Origin: Chthonomonadales bacterium
Lineage (GTDB): Bacteria; Armatimonadota; Chthonomonadetes; Chthonomonadales; Chthonomonadaceae
Reading direction: 5' to 3'
Length of the DNA: 11,686 nt
Assembly: GCA_038217285.1 (NCBI GenBank)
Contig: JBBQPO010000200.1
Span: 1 to 11,686 of the forward strand
Positions 1 to 7,154 of the stretch are shown one piece after another (position 1 is the stretch's first letter; each line of letters opens with the position of its first letter). Below the pieces are notes generated by a model that saw only the letters and a list, made by a program, of their open reading frames with translations, was not told the DNA's origin and did no database searches. The translations under genes and the position numbers were made by a program.

Positions 1-20
1 ACTCGCCTTGAAACAGGAAC

Positions 21-50
21 ACAGGAAAGTGGCATCGTGCTATGGAACAA
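21..50 (+). promoter_or_regulatory. Candidate sigma-H-like promoter for the SDR gene
   Basis: ACAGGAAAG-N12-ATGGAACAA versus the Bacillus sigma-H consensus RNAGGAWWW-N11/12-RNNGAATWW, with one mismatch per box. It lies just upstream of the RBS GAAGGAG (72-78). Confidence 0.35.
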
Positions 51-87
51 CCGAGTGGGTTGAAACACGACGAAGGAGACGAGCGCT

Positions 88-837
88 ATGGAACTCAAAG
101 AGAAGGTCTGTCTGATTACAGGGGGCACCAAGGGGATCGGCGCGGCGGCTGCCATCGGATGCGCACAGCGTGGGGCGAGCGTTGTCGTGGTAGGACGCCA
201 TCAGGATGCAGAGACGCTGCAGACACTGCAACGCCTGGAAGAGATCGGCAACCCGTCTCTCTTTCTTGCCGCAGATATCGGGAAGCCGGAGGAGGCGAAG
301 CGCTGCGTCGAGCAGACAGCAGAACGTTTTGGGACGGTGGACGTGCTGATACACTCCGCAGGCGGCCCTATCAACGGCGGCCTGTTGGCGCTGACGCCCG
401 AGGCGTGGTACGAGGCGTTCAATGTCCATGTGCATCCGATTTTCCATCTGTGTCGTGCGGCGGTGCCTGGAATGCAGCAGCGCAAAGAGGGTGTGATTGT
501 GCTCATCTCCTCCACGGCCGGAATCCGGGGAATCAAGACCAACGTCGCGTATCAGACGGTAAAGGGCGCCATACCGCAGTTGACACGGGCGCTGGCCTAT
601 GAGTTCGCGGACGACAATATCCGGGTCAACTGTGTCGCGCCTGGGGTGGTCCGGACGGCCTTCCATGCCCAGATGCCGGACGCGGTCAAGAAGAACAATC
701 TGGAAAACCGCATCCCTCTGCACCGCGAAGGCACCCCCGAACAGGTCGGAACACTCATCCTGGAGATGGTCACCAACGACTACATCACCGGCGAAACCTT
801 CACCATCGACGGTGGCTTGACGATGCGCATCGCTTAA
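88..837 (+). CDS. Classical short-chain dehydrogenase/reductase (SDR family NAD(P)-dependent oxidoreductase), 249 aa
   Basis: Rossmann motif TGGTKGIG, catalytic Ser region ISSTAG, YxxxK (YQTVK), IRVNCVAPG, and C-terminal YITGETFTIDGG. RBS GAAGGAG sits 9 nt before the ATG. The substrate cannot be inferred. Confidence 0.95.
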   Translation: MELKEKVCLITGGTKGIGAAAAIGCAQRGASVVVVGRHQDAETLQTLQRLEEIGNPSLFLAADIGKPEEAKRCVEQTAERFGTVDVLIHSAGGPINGGLLALTPEAWYEAFNVHVHPIFHLCRAAVPGMQQRKEGVIVLISSTAGIRGIKTNVAYQTVKGAIPQLTRALAYEFADDNIRVNCVAPGVVRTAFHAQMPDAVKKNNLENRIPLHREGTPEQVGTLILEMVTNDYITGETFTIDGGLTMRIA

Positions 838-869
838 GCGCGAAGTCACAGACGCGGCGCTGCGGCGTG

Positions 870-3056
870 TCAACTGCCGTGGAGAAGCTCGATGACGGCG
901 GCGCCATAAGAGGCGATTTTGGCGGGTCCGATGCCGGGAACGGTCTGCAACGCCTCTGAGGTGTCGGGATTGAGCTGGGCGATGGCGCGCAGGGTCGCGT
1001 CGTGGAAGATAACGTAGGGCGGCTGTTGGGCGCGCTGGGCTTCTCGGCGTCGCCAGACCCGGAGCCGTTCGTAGCGGTCGTCTTCGTCTTCGGTGAGCGA
1101 AACCGCTGCGGTTTCGGTGCGGGGAGCGGACGAGCCAGAGGAGGTCGAGGAGGCGCGGGCGGGTTTGGGGGCGGCTACTCTGGTGAGGTTGGGCAGGAGG
1201 GTTTCGCCGGACTGCAGAGCGTCGCTGCCTGCCGCTGTCAGGCGGAGGAGCGGATACTCCGTGTCGGTCGTCATGGCGAGCAGGCCGCGCTGGACGAGGG
1301 CGTCGGTCTGTTCGCGGATCGACTTGAGGGTCATCCCGGTCAGGAGGCCGAACTCCGCGCAGCGATCCTTGTTGACCGAACTGTCGGCGGCTCCGGTGAG
1401 AACCTTCGCCAGCCCGGTGCGCCCGAGGGGATAGGGCAAGGCGCGTACCGTCGCCAGGATGGCCAGGCCGAAGTCCGGGACTCGGGCGGCAGTTGGCGGT
1501 AGGGCGCGGGCGGCAGGGGCCTCGTGTTCGACGCCGCGGCAGTTGTCGCAGGCCGTCTCGCAGGGGTCCAGCTCCTGTCCGAAATGCTGCGAGAGCACGA
1601 CATGGCGACAGCCGGAGCCCTCCGCAAAAGCGATCACTTCGGAGAGGCGGGCGTCGGCATGGACCTGACGGGCCGCGAGCAGACGGTCCAGTTCCGCGCG
1701 GGCCTCGGCGGGAGCGCGCAGCATCGTGATTCGCATCTCCCGCCCGGAATCGGCCGCGCGGCGCACGAGCCCAACACGCTCCAGCAGGCTGATCGCGACC
1801 CGCATCTTATTCCCGGCCCCCGGATCGGCTTCTCCGTCTCCCGAGACGATCACTTCCAATGCTTCCGGTGCAACCGGCCCCGACCCCTTGCCGAGCGCGG
1901 CCTGCAGCGCCCGATAGACATCCCGCACCGTTTCGAGCTTGACCTCTTCCTGACGTTTCCAGCGGCCCAGCGTCGCCTTGTCGGAAGCGGCGTAGAGCAG
2001 GACACAGCGGGCGACCTTGCCGTCGCGCCCGGCCCGCCCGGCCTCTTGCGTATACGATTCGAGCGACTCGGGCAGCGTGAAATGCACGACGAGCCGCACA
2101 TTGGGCTTATCCACCCCCATGCCGAATGCCACGGTCGCGACGATAATACGCGTTCGGTCGAGCATAAAGGCTTCCTGTGCGGCCTGCCTCTCGTCACGCT
2201 CCATGCCGGCATGGTAGTGGCAGGCGGGCAGACGCTGACGCCGCAGAAACTCCGCCAGCCTCTCACAGCGGTCCCGCGAATTGGCATAGACGATCACCGA
2301 ACCCGGAACTGCCTTACAGAGATCGGCCAGCCGCTGCATCTTGGCATCGGCGTTGGCGCAGGGGACGGCCTCGAAGTGCAGATTGGGCCGGAAAGCGGGC
2401 GCAATAACCGGCTCCAACTCCCGCCCCAACTGCCTCCCTATCTCGCCCTGCATTTCGGGAGTGGCCGTCGCCGTCAGCGCGAGGAGCACGGGGCGCCCCC
2501 TCTTCTCGACCGCGTCGGCATCGATTTCGTCCGTCTCGCCACCATCGAAACGCTCCAGCGCCTTGCGGATAAAGAGGTAGTCGGGCCGGAAGTCGTGGCC
2601 CCAGACACTGACACAGTGCGCCTCGTCCACGACGACCAGCGACAGTCCGACCGCCTCCAGCAGCCGCAGAAAACTCTCCTGCCGCAGCCGTTCCGGAGCC
2701 ACATAGATGAGGCGGATCTCTCCGGCGGCGATGGCGGCGGTGCGGCGGGCGGCTTCGTCCCGATCCAGACTGCTGTTGAGCAGAGTCGCCTGCGGATAGA
2801 GCGAGGGAGGGAGGCTGTCGAGCTGATCCTTCATCAGGGCGATAAGCGGGGAGATCACGAGGGTCGGACGCGGCAGCAGCAGAGACGGCAGTTGATAACA
2901 GAGCGACTTGCCCGCCCCGGTCGGCAGAACGCCAAGCGTATCCTTCCCTTCCAGCACAGAGCGAATGATCTGCTCCTGAAAGGGACGAAACTCGACATGA
3001 CCAAAATGGGTTTCTAAGGCGGTCGATAGCTCTTCCACGTTCCCTGCCTTTCTCAA
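870..3056 (-). CDS. recQ: RecQ-family ATP-dependent DNA helicase with Zn-binding, RQC winged-helix and HRDC domains
   Basis: Motif 0 FGHVEFRPFQ, Walker A PTGAGKSLCYQLP, DEAHCVSVWGHDFRPDY, TATAT, ATVAFGMGVDKPNVR, QEAGRAGRDG, Zn motif CRH...C...CDNC, RQC region (GRTGLAKVLTG...YPLLRLT), and HRDC (PPYVIFHDATL...VPGIGPAK). The start is either TTG at 3056 or GTG at 3038, which follows a purine-rich stretch. Confidence 0.95.
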   Translation of the reverse strand: MRKAGNVEELSTALETHFGHVEFRPFQEQIIRSVLEGKDTLGVLPTGAGKSLCYQLPSLLLPRPTLVISPLIALMKDQLDSLPPSLYPQATLLNSSLDRDEAARRTAAIAAGEIRLIYVAPERLRQESFLRLLEAVGLSLVVVDEAHCVSVWGHDFRPDYLFIRKALERFDGGETDEIDADAVEKRGRPVLLALTATATPEMQGEIGRQLGRELEPVIAPAFRPNLHFEAVPCANADAKMQRLADLCKAVPGSVIVYANSRDRCERLAEFLRRQRLPACHYHAGMERDERQAAQEAFMLDRTRIIVATVAFGMGVDKPNVRLVVHFTLPESLESYTQEAGRAGRDGKVARCVLLYAASDKATLGRWKRQEEVKLETVRDVYRALQAALGKGSGPVAPEALEVIVSGDGEADPGAGNKMRVAISLLERVGLVRRAADSGREMRITMLRAPAEARAELDRLLAARQVHADARLSEVIAFAEGSGCRHVVLSQHFGQELDPCETACDNCRGVEHEAPAARALPPTAARVPDFGLAILATVRALPYPLGRTGLAKVLTGAADSSVNKDRCAEFGLLTGMTLKSIREQTDALVQRGLLAMTTDTEYPLLRLTAAGSDALQSGETLLPNLTRVAAPKPARASSTSSGSSAPRTETAAVSLTEDEDDRYERLRVWRRREAQRAQQPPYVIFHDATLRAIAQLNPDTSEALQTVPGIGPAKIASYGAAVIELLHGS

Positions 3057-3057
3057 T

Positions 3058-4122
3058 TCAGGTCGAGGCGGCCACTTCGGCGGCGGGAACCGGAGGAACG
3101 TTGGTGAGGATGCGGCGGTCGTGTTCGGAGAGGAGAGGCAGCGTCAGCGTGTCACCCTGACGCTCGAACTCGGTCACAGGATGCCCCTCTTCCTTGCCGT
3201 CTCCAAGGTAGAGATCAGGGATGGGAAGGCGGGCAGGCCAGTGGAGATGCAGTGTGACCGGAACTCCCTTCGCCCAGTAGAGGCCTACCGAGAAGCGCGG
3301 CTGGCCTTCCGGCGTGAGTGAGGCGTCGAGGGGAAGCGCACAGGAGGCTTCGGCACTCCGCGCCGCGCCGTTGTTGCTATCGCGTGTGGTATCACAATGT
3401 AAGTCGGCAGCGGAGGCGCCTTCGTAGTTGGTCTCCAGCACGACCGGCGGATGGGCCCAGCCATACGGGCACTCCGTCTCGCCGACCCGCACAGCCCAGG
3501 CCGAATCGCCGTAGGAGTAGTGCCAGTACTCGTCGCGGCAGTTCGAAAACCCCGCGCTCAGCATCGCCTCGACCATCATGGTGCGGTTGGCCTTCGCCTC
3601 CGGGGAGAGCAGGTCGGACCACGTGTAAGCCGCCTGCCACCCTTCCGTCGGGGCGACCATATCCAAGGCGCTGCCATCGGGAGCATCGATGCCGACATCG
3701 ATTGCGCCGCCCGTGCAGTGGCCGGGCGGCGCTTTCTGATCGTAGGGGGCAAAATATTTGTTGGTGGCGCGGCGCAGCGCAGAAAGAGGCCAGGCCGGAT
3801 GCTCCTCCTGCATGCGCCGGAAATAGCCGTCCCACCCTCCGCTCTGCATCGAGAGCGTCCGGAGCGCGGTTCCCGCCCGAAGATGATAGCCCATCGGCAG
3901 AGCGGCCTGCGCCCTATTCACCTTATCCGCCACAGAACGACGCAGATAGGGGCAAATCCGTTCTGTCCAGACGACTTCCGGGCAGTAGGTACGCACATGC
4001 ACCAGCGGCTCCCGCTGTGACCAGGGCAGCGCGTACTCCAGGATGCGGACGCGGTTCAGAGCGGCGATTGGCTCAGGCGCGCCCTGCTTGACGATACGAG
4101 AAGGGGAGTTGGGTTTAGACAT
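3058..4122 (-). CDS. M15-family (VanX/DdpX-like) zinc D-Ala-D-Ala peptidase with an extra C-terminal domain of about 120 aa, 354 aa
   Basis: HxxGxAxD (GHCTGGAID), ExxH (EYWHYSYGD), YLRRSVADKVNRAQAAL, and conserved Arg in ALRT. I moved the start to ATG 4122 (MSKPN...) because the longer track ORF overlaps the upstream gene. No signal peptide. Confidence 0.85.
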   Translation of the reverse strand: MSKPNSPSRIVKQGAPEPIAALNRVRILEYALPWSQREPLVHVRTYCPEVVWTERICPYLRRSVADKVNRAQAALPMGYHLRAGTALRTLSMQSGGWDGYFRRMQEEHPAWPLSALRRATNKYFAPYDQKAPPGHCTGGAIDVGIDAPDGSALDMVAPTEGWQAAYTWSDLLSPEAKANRTMMVEAMLSAGFSNCRDEYWHYSYGDSAWAVRVGETECPYGWAHPPVVLETNYEGASAADLHCDTTRDSNNGAARSAEASCALPLDASLTPEGQPRFSVGLYWAKGVPVTLHLHWPARLPIPDLYLGDGKEEGHPVTEFERQGDTLTLPLLSEHDRRILTNVPPVPAAEVAAST

Positions 4123-4148
4123 CGTGTGCTTCTGAGCGGTAAGCCGCG

Positions 4149-4481
4149 CTACTCCTCGTGCTCGTCTTCGTCTTCCATATCGTCGATAGCGCCAGAGCAG
4201 TCGGTATAGCGACTGATCTCTTCGCCTCGAAACACATGCGCCACGAAATCTTCGCGCTCGAACCGCGGCAGATAGGACGAAACCACATCGTCGTCTATCT
4301 GCGCGAGCAGTTCTTCTTCCTCGCTCACGGTCAGATCGGCCTCGAAGATGACCGTCGCATGAATCGTATCGTGCGCGAAATGCACATCGACCTGCCCGAC
4401 CCGCTTCTCTCCATCCCAAACCAGATAGATTTCGGAGGACTGCGTGCGAACCAGGCGGGTGAGTTTGAAGCGTGTCTCCAC
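4149..4481 (-). CDS. Small acidic hypothetical protein, 110 aa
   Basis: GTG start with a strong RBS (CAGGAGG) 5 nt upstream. Globular-looking alpha/beta sequence with an acidic tail. It ends 26 nt before the next co-directional start. Confidence 0.85.
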   Translation of the reverse strand: METRFKLTRLVRTQSSEIYLVWDGEKRVGQVDVHFAHDTIHATVIFEADLTVSEEEELLAQIDDDVVSSYLPRFEREDFVAHVFRGEEISRYTDCSGAIDDMEDEDEHEE

Positions 4482-4552
4482 GGGAACCTCCTGAGAGTGT
4501 CTGGTCGCGCGTCTCGTCCGCAGATGACGAGAAGGCCAGACAGATAGTTGCT

Positions 4553-4582
4553 TAATTCGTCCACGACACCGCGAAATCCTTC
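4553..4582 (-). promoter_or_regulatory. Sigma-H-like promoter for the hypothetical / M15 peptidase / recQ operon
   Basis: The minus strand reads GAAGGATTT-N12-GACGAATTA, a complete match to RNAGGAWWW-N11/12-RNNGAATWW, about 70 nt upstream of the GTG at 4481. Confidence 0.6.
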
Positions 4583-4718
4583 CCTTTCACATCGGTTTGC
4601 GCAGGCCAAGGGGTGTTACCCCTCGCTACGCGGCTACGCCGGATCGTCCTTCGGACGAGGCAATATCAGATCCAGAGTCAACTTGCTTGCAGAAAGCAAC
4701 GGCTTTGTGCCCGCGCAG

Positions 4719-4748
4719 GCAGGACATTCGGGTGACGACGCCGAAAAT
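4719..4748 (+). promoter_or_regulatory. Candidate sigma-H-like promoter for the M28 peptidase gene
   Basis: GCAGGACAT-N12-GCCGAAAAT, one mismatch per box, 50 nt before ATG 4799. Confidence 0.4.
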
Positions 4749-4798
4749 CGCTCCAGTGTCAATGAAGTGCCATTCTTTTCCTACAGGAGAAATCTCTC

Positions 4799-6322
4799 AT
4801 GTTCACCCTTCATGGCCGCAGTGGCCGAGCCGGCCTGCTGCTCACACTCCTTCTCCCCCTCGTCGCTTCCACGTTCGCCGGAGCCGGCGTTAAAGACGGC
4901 GATCTGAAAGACCCGAAAGAGGCCGCGCAAAAGTTTATCGCCACCGAACGCACCAACTCCGACGTCATGACCAACCTGGAGTATCTGAGCGATATGATCG
5001 GGCCGCGCCTGACCGGTTCCGACCGCCTCAAACGCGCCAACGACTGGACCGCCGAGAAGATGAAGGCCTACGGTCTGGAGAATGTCCACCTCGAACCCTA
5101 CACGATCCCACGCGGCTGGGAACGCGGCAAGGTCGAGATGACGATCGTCGAGAACGGCCTGCCTGTAGAAGCGGCGCAGATGGCGTGGACGCCGGGAACG
5201 CCCGGCAAAATCACCGGCCCGGTCGTCGTCTTCAATCCCCGCACGGAAGCCGACCTCGAAGGCTATAGAGGCAAACTCAAAAACGCGATCCTGCTGAGCA
5301 GCGACGTCTCCGTCGAACCGAGCCTCCCCGACGCGAAACCCGTCACCCCGATCCCCGGACTTTCGGTTCCTGACGAAGCGAAGCCTGCGCCAGCACGCGG
5401 AGGCCAGAGCGGAAACCGCCGCCCGGCGAACATGCAGAAGATGCTGGCGTTTCGCAAAGCACGGAACGAGTTTCTGCAGCGCGAAGGCGCGGCGGTCGTC
5501 CTGCAAGATTCTGGCAAACCCCACGCCCTGCTCAACATGACGGGAAGCTGGACGTCGAACACCGCGCTGCCGACTCTGTTCGTCTCGCACGAATATATCG
5601 CCATGATGCAGCGGATGCTGAAACGCGGGAACCCCGTACATGTCTCGGTCGAGGTCACGAGCAAATTCGTCGAAGGGCCGGTGACGGTCTATAACACGGT
5701 TGGCGAGATCCAAGGCTCCGAAAAGCCGGAGGAGATCGTCCTGCTCGGCGCGCACCTCGATTCGTGGGATCTGGGGACCGGCAGCACGGACAATGGGACG
5801 GGCAGTATGGCGGTGCTGGAAGCGGCACGGCTCATCAAATCTCTCGGCGTGGCTCCGAAGCGTACCATGCGGTTCGTGCTTTTCACTGGCGAGGAAGAGG
5901 GCCTGATGGGCTCCAAAGCCTACGTGGAAGCGCACCAGTCCGAGATGGTCAACTTCAATGTCGTCTTTATCCATGACACCGGCACCGGCCGCGTCAAAGG
6001 AGCCTGGCTGCAGGATCGCGCCGAAGACCGCGCGATGCTGGAAGGGCAGTTCGGGATGCTCAAAGATCTGAAGCTGCTCACGGATGAACTGACACTGCTG
6101 CCCGGCAAGATGAACGGCACAGATCACGCCTCCTTCGACAACGCGGGCGTTCCCGCCTTTGCCTTCCATCAGGACCCTGCGGAGTACAGTCTGACGCACC
6201 ATTCCCAGTCCGACACCTTCGACAAGGTCCGCGCAGACGACCTGAAGCAGGGAGCCTGCGCCCTCGCCATAATGGGTTACACGGCCGCCCAGTCCGCAGA
6301 CCGTTATCCGCGCAAACCGTAA
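4799..6322 (+). CDS. Secreted M28-family metallopeptidase (carboxypeptidase Q / PGCP-like) with a PA-like insert, 507 aa
   Basis: Signal peptide-like N-terminus (GRAGLLLTLLLPLVASTFA), LSDMIGPRLTGS, GAHLDSWD, GSTDNGTG, FTGEEEGLMGS, HDTG, TDHASF, HHSQSDTFDKV. RBS CAGGAGA upstream. Confidence 0.93.
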   Translation: MFTLHGRSGRAGLLLTLLLPLVASTFAGAGVKDGDLKDPKEAAQKFIATERTNSDVMTNLEYLSDMIGPRLTGSDRLKRANDWTAEKMKAYGLENVHLEPYTIPRGWERGKVEMTIVENGLPVEAAQMAWTPGTPGKITGPVVVFNPRTEADLEGYRGKLKNAILLSSDVSVEPSLPDAKPVTPIPGLSVPDEAKPAPARGGQSGNRRPANMQKMLAFRKARNEFLQREGAAVVLQDSGKPHALLNMTGSWTSNTALPTLFVSHEYIAMMQRMLKRGNPVHVSVEVTSKFVEGPVTVYNTVGEIQGSEKPEEIVLLGAHLDSWDLGTGSTDNGTGSMAVLEAARLIKSLGVAPKRTMRFVLFTGEEEGLMGSKAYVEAHQSEMVNFNVVFIHDTGTGRVKGAWLQDRAEDRAMLEGQFGMLKDLKLLTDELTLLPGKMNGTDHASFDNAGVPAFAFHQDPAEYSLTHHSQSDTFDKVRADDLKQGACALAIMGYTAAQSADRYPRKP

Positions 6323-6332
6323 GGAGATCCCA

Positions 6333-6384
6333 CGACACAGAGCGGTCGGTGTTCCGGTCTGGAATTTCCGACCCGCTTTTGTCG
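6333..6384 (+). terminator. Long imperfect hairpin after the M28 gene, probable intrinsic terminator
   Basis: Nested inverted repeats CGACA/TGTCG, AGCGG/CCGCT, TCGG/CCGA and TTCC/GGAA, beginning 10 nt after the stop codon. The T tract is short (TTTTGT). Confidence 0.45.
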
Positions 6385-6493
6385 GCAATGCGACTCGATG
6401 GGCGAACGGGCGACGCGAAACAGGATAGGATACTGTTGAGGAATGGCATATCGGGTTCGCCCCAGCCTCCTTACGGATGAGAACCCGCTGCTA

Positions 6494-6519
6494 TGGTATC
6501 ATATTGGTATATTTACACC
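6494..6519 (+). promoter_or_regulatory. Tandem extended -10 elements with an overlapping imperfect palindrome
   Basis: TGGTATCAT (6494-6502) and TGGTATATT (6505-6513) both fit TGnTAnnnT. GGTATA-TT-TACACC (6506-6519) is a 5/6 inverted repeat. The site lies directly before RBS GAGGA (6522-6526). Confidence 0.45.
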
Positions 6520-6534
6520 GTGAGGAACAAGGCC

Positions 6535-6777
6535 ATGACCGAAGCGTTAACCAATGAGATAATGACCCTGAAGGAGATCGAAAACCTGTTTGACGGCGAA
6601 TGGATTCTGGTGGAAGATCCGGAACTCGACCGCAATAATGAGGTAATCCGAGGCAAGGTGCTTTGTCACAGTAAAGACCGCGATGAAGTGGATGCTGTCG
6701 CTATGCGACTGCACCCGAAGCGTTCCGCTTTTCTTTATATGGGTCCCACCCCAGACAACATTTTCATCAATCTATGA
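6535..6777 (+). CDS. Small hypothetical protein, DUF5678-like, 80 aa
   Basis: ATG 6535 follows RBS GAGGA. The pattern EIENLFDGEWILV...GKVLCHSKDRDEV resembles DUF5678-type small proteins (recognised by eye). The stop overlaps the next start (ATGA, 6774-6777). Confidence 0.75.
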   Translation: MTEALTNEIMTLKEIENLFDGEWILVEDPELDRNNEVIRGKVLCHSKDRDEVDAVAMRLHPKRSAFLYMGPTPDNIFINL

Positions 6778-7154
6778 CAGCCTTCAATGTACGCCACGGA
6801 CTGATTATCGTCAGCACACGCCTCTACGGACCGTTGGGTGAGGTAGTGGCGCGCCTCGCGCTGGACACCGGAGCCTCTGCCACGGTAGTACGGAACGCGC
6901 TTCTCGTCACTATCGGCTACGATCCGGACAGCTTGCCGAAAACGGTCAACTTCACCACAGGAAGCGGCGTCGAGTCGGCGGCCCGCGTCAGCGTTAACAA
7001 GTTGGAAGCGTTGGGACAAGAACGATCCGAATTTTCCGTTATCGCCCACACGCTTCCGCCTACTGCCGCAATCGACGGTCTTCTCGGTCTGGACTTCTTC
7101 CGCGATCACATTCTCACCCTCGATTTCCAGAACGGCGAAATCACTCTCATTTAG
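6774..7154 (+). CDS. Retropepsin-like (clan AA) single-domain aspartic protease, 126 aa
   Basis: Catalytic ALDTGASATVV, flap-like FTTGSGVE, and C-terminal IDGLLGLDFF...LTLDF. No signal peptide or TM anchor. Confidence 0.9.
   Translation: MTAFNVRHGLIIVSTRLYGPLGEVVARLALDTGASATVVRNALLVTIGYDPDSLPKTVNFTTGSGVESAARVSVNKLEALGQERSEFSVIAHTLPPTAAIDGLLGLDFFRDHILTLDFQNGEITLI

Noticed and set aside
8..94. TTGAAACA twice (8-15, 60-67) and GCTATGGAAC twice (39-48, 85-94); TTGAAAC resembles a CRISPR repeat end
   Set aside because: Only two short copies 52 nt apart, no conserved repeat of about 30 nt, and no cas genes in the window. It may be an old short duplication or the tail of an upstream CDS (frame 1 stops at 61-63), but this cannot be resolved.
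40..873. 277-aa minus-strand ORF and 186-aa plus-strand ORF 42-602
   Set aside because: Antisense and alternate-frame shadows of the SDR gene with no recognisable motifs.
1524..3017. 497-aa plus-strand ORF and other short ORFs inside recQ
   Set aside because: Antisense shadows typical of high-GC coding DNA.
4123..4419. 99-codon N-terminal extension of the M15 peptidase in the ORF track
   Set aside because: It overlaps the well-supported 4149-4481 gene in another frame and is Arg-rich, non-protein-like sequence.
4575..4725. Minus-strand GCAAACC..GAAA and GCACAAAGCC fragments resembling a c-di-GMP-I riboswitch
   Set aside because: The fragments are in the wrong order and far apart, and the stem around GAAA does not pair.
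4610..4726. Small hairpins AGGGGT/ACCCCT, TTGCT/AGCAA and CCCGC-GCAG-GCAGG as possible REP elements
   Set aside because: Short, single-copy and imperfect, with no repeated family or RAYT transposase in the window.
4781..6388. 535-aa minus-strand ORF
   Set aside because: Antisense shadow of the M28 peptidase gene.
6420..6446. ACAGGATAG...GAGGAATGG as another sigma-H-like promoter
   Set aside because: The spacer is 9 nt, outside the 11-12 nt range.
6400..6462. 8-bp inverted repeat GGGCGAAC/GTTCGCCC as possible MITE ends
   Set aside because: Too short, no target duplication visible, and only one copy.
6687..6777. Possible gag-pro style -1 frameshift fusing the small protein to the retropepsin (the -1 frame is open from 6687)
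   Set aside because: No canonical X XXY YYZ slippery heptamer; the ATGA overlap explains the coupling.
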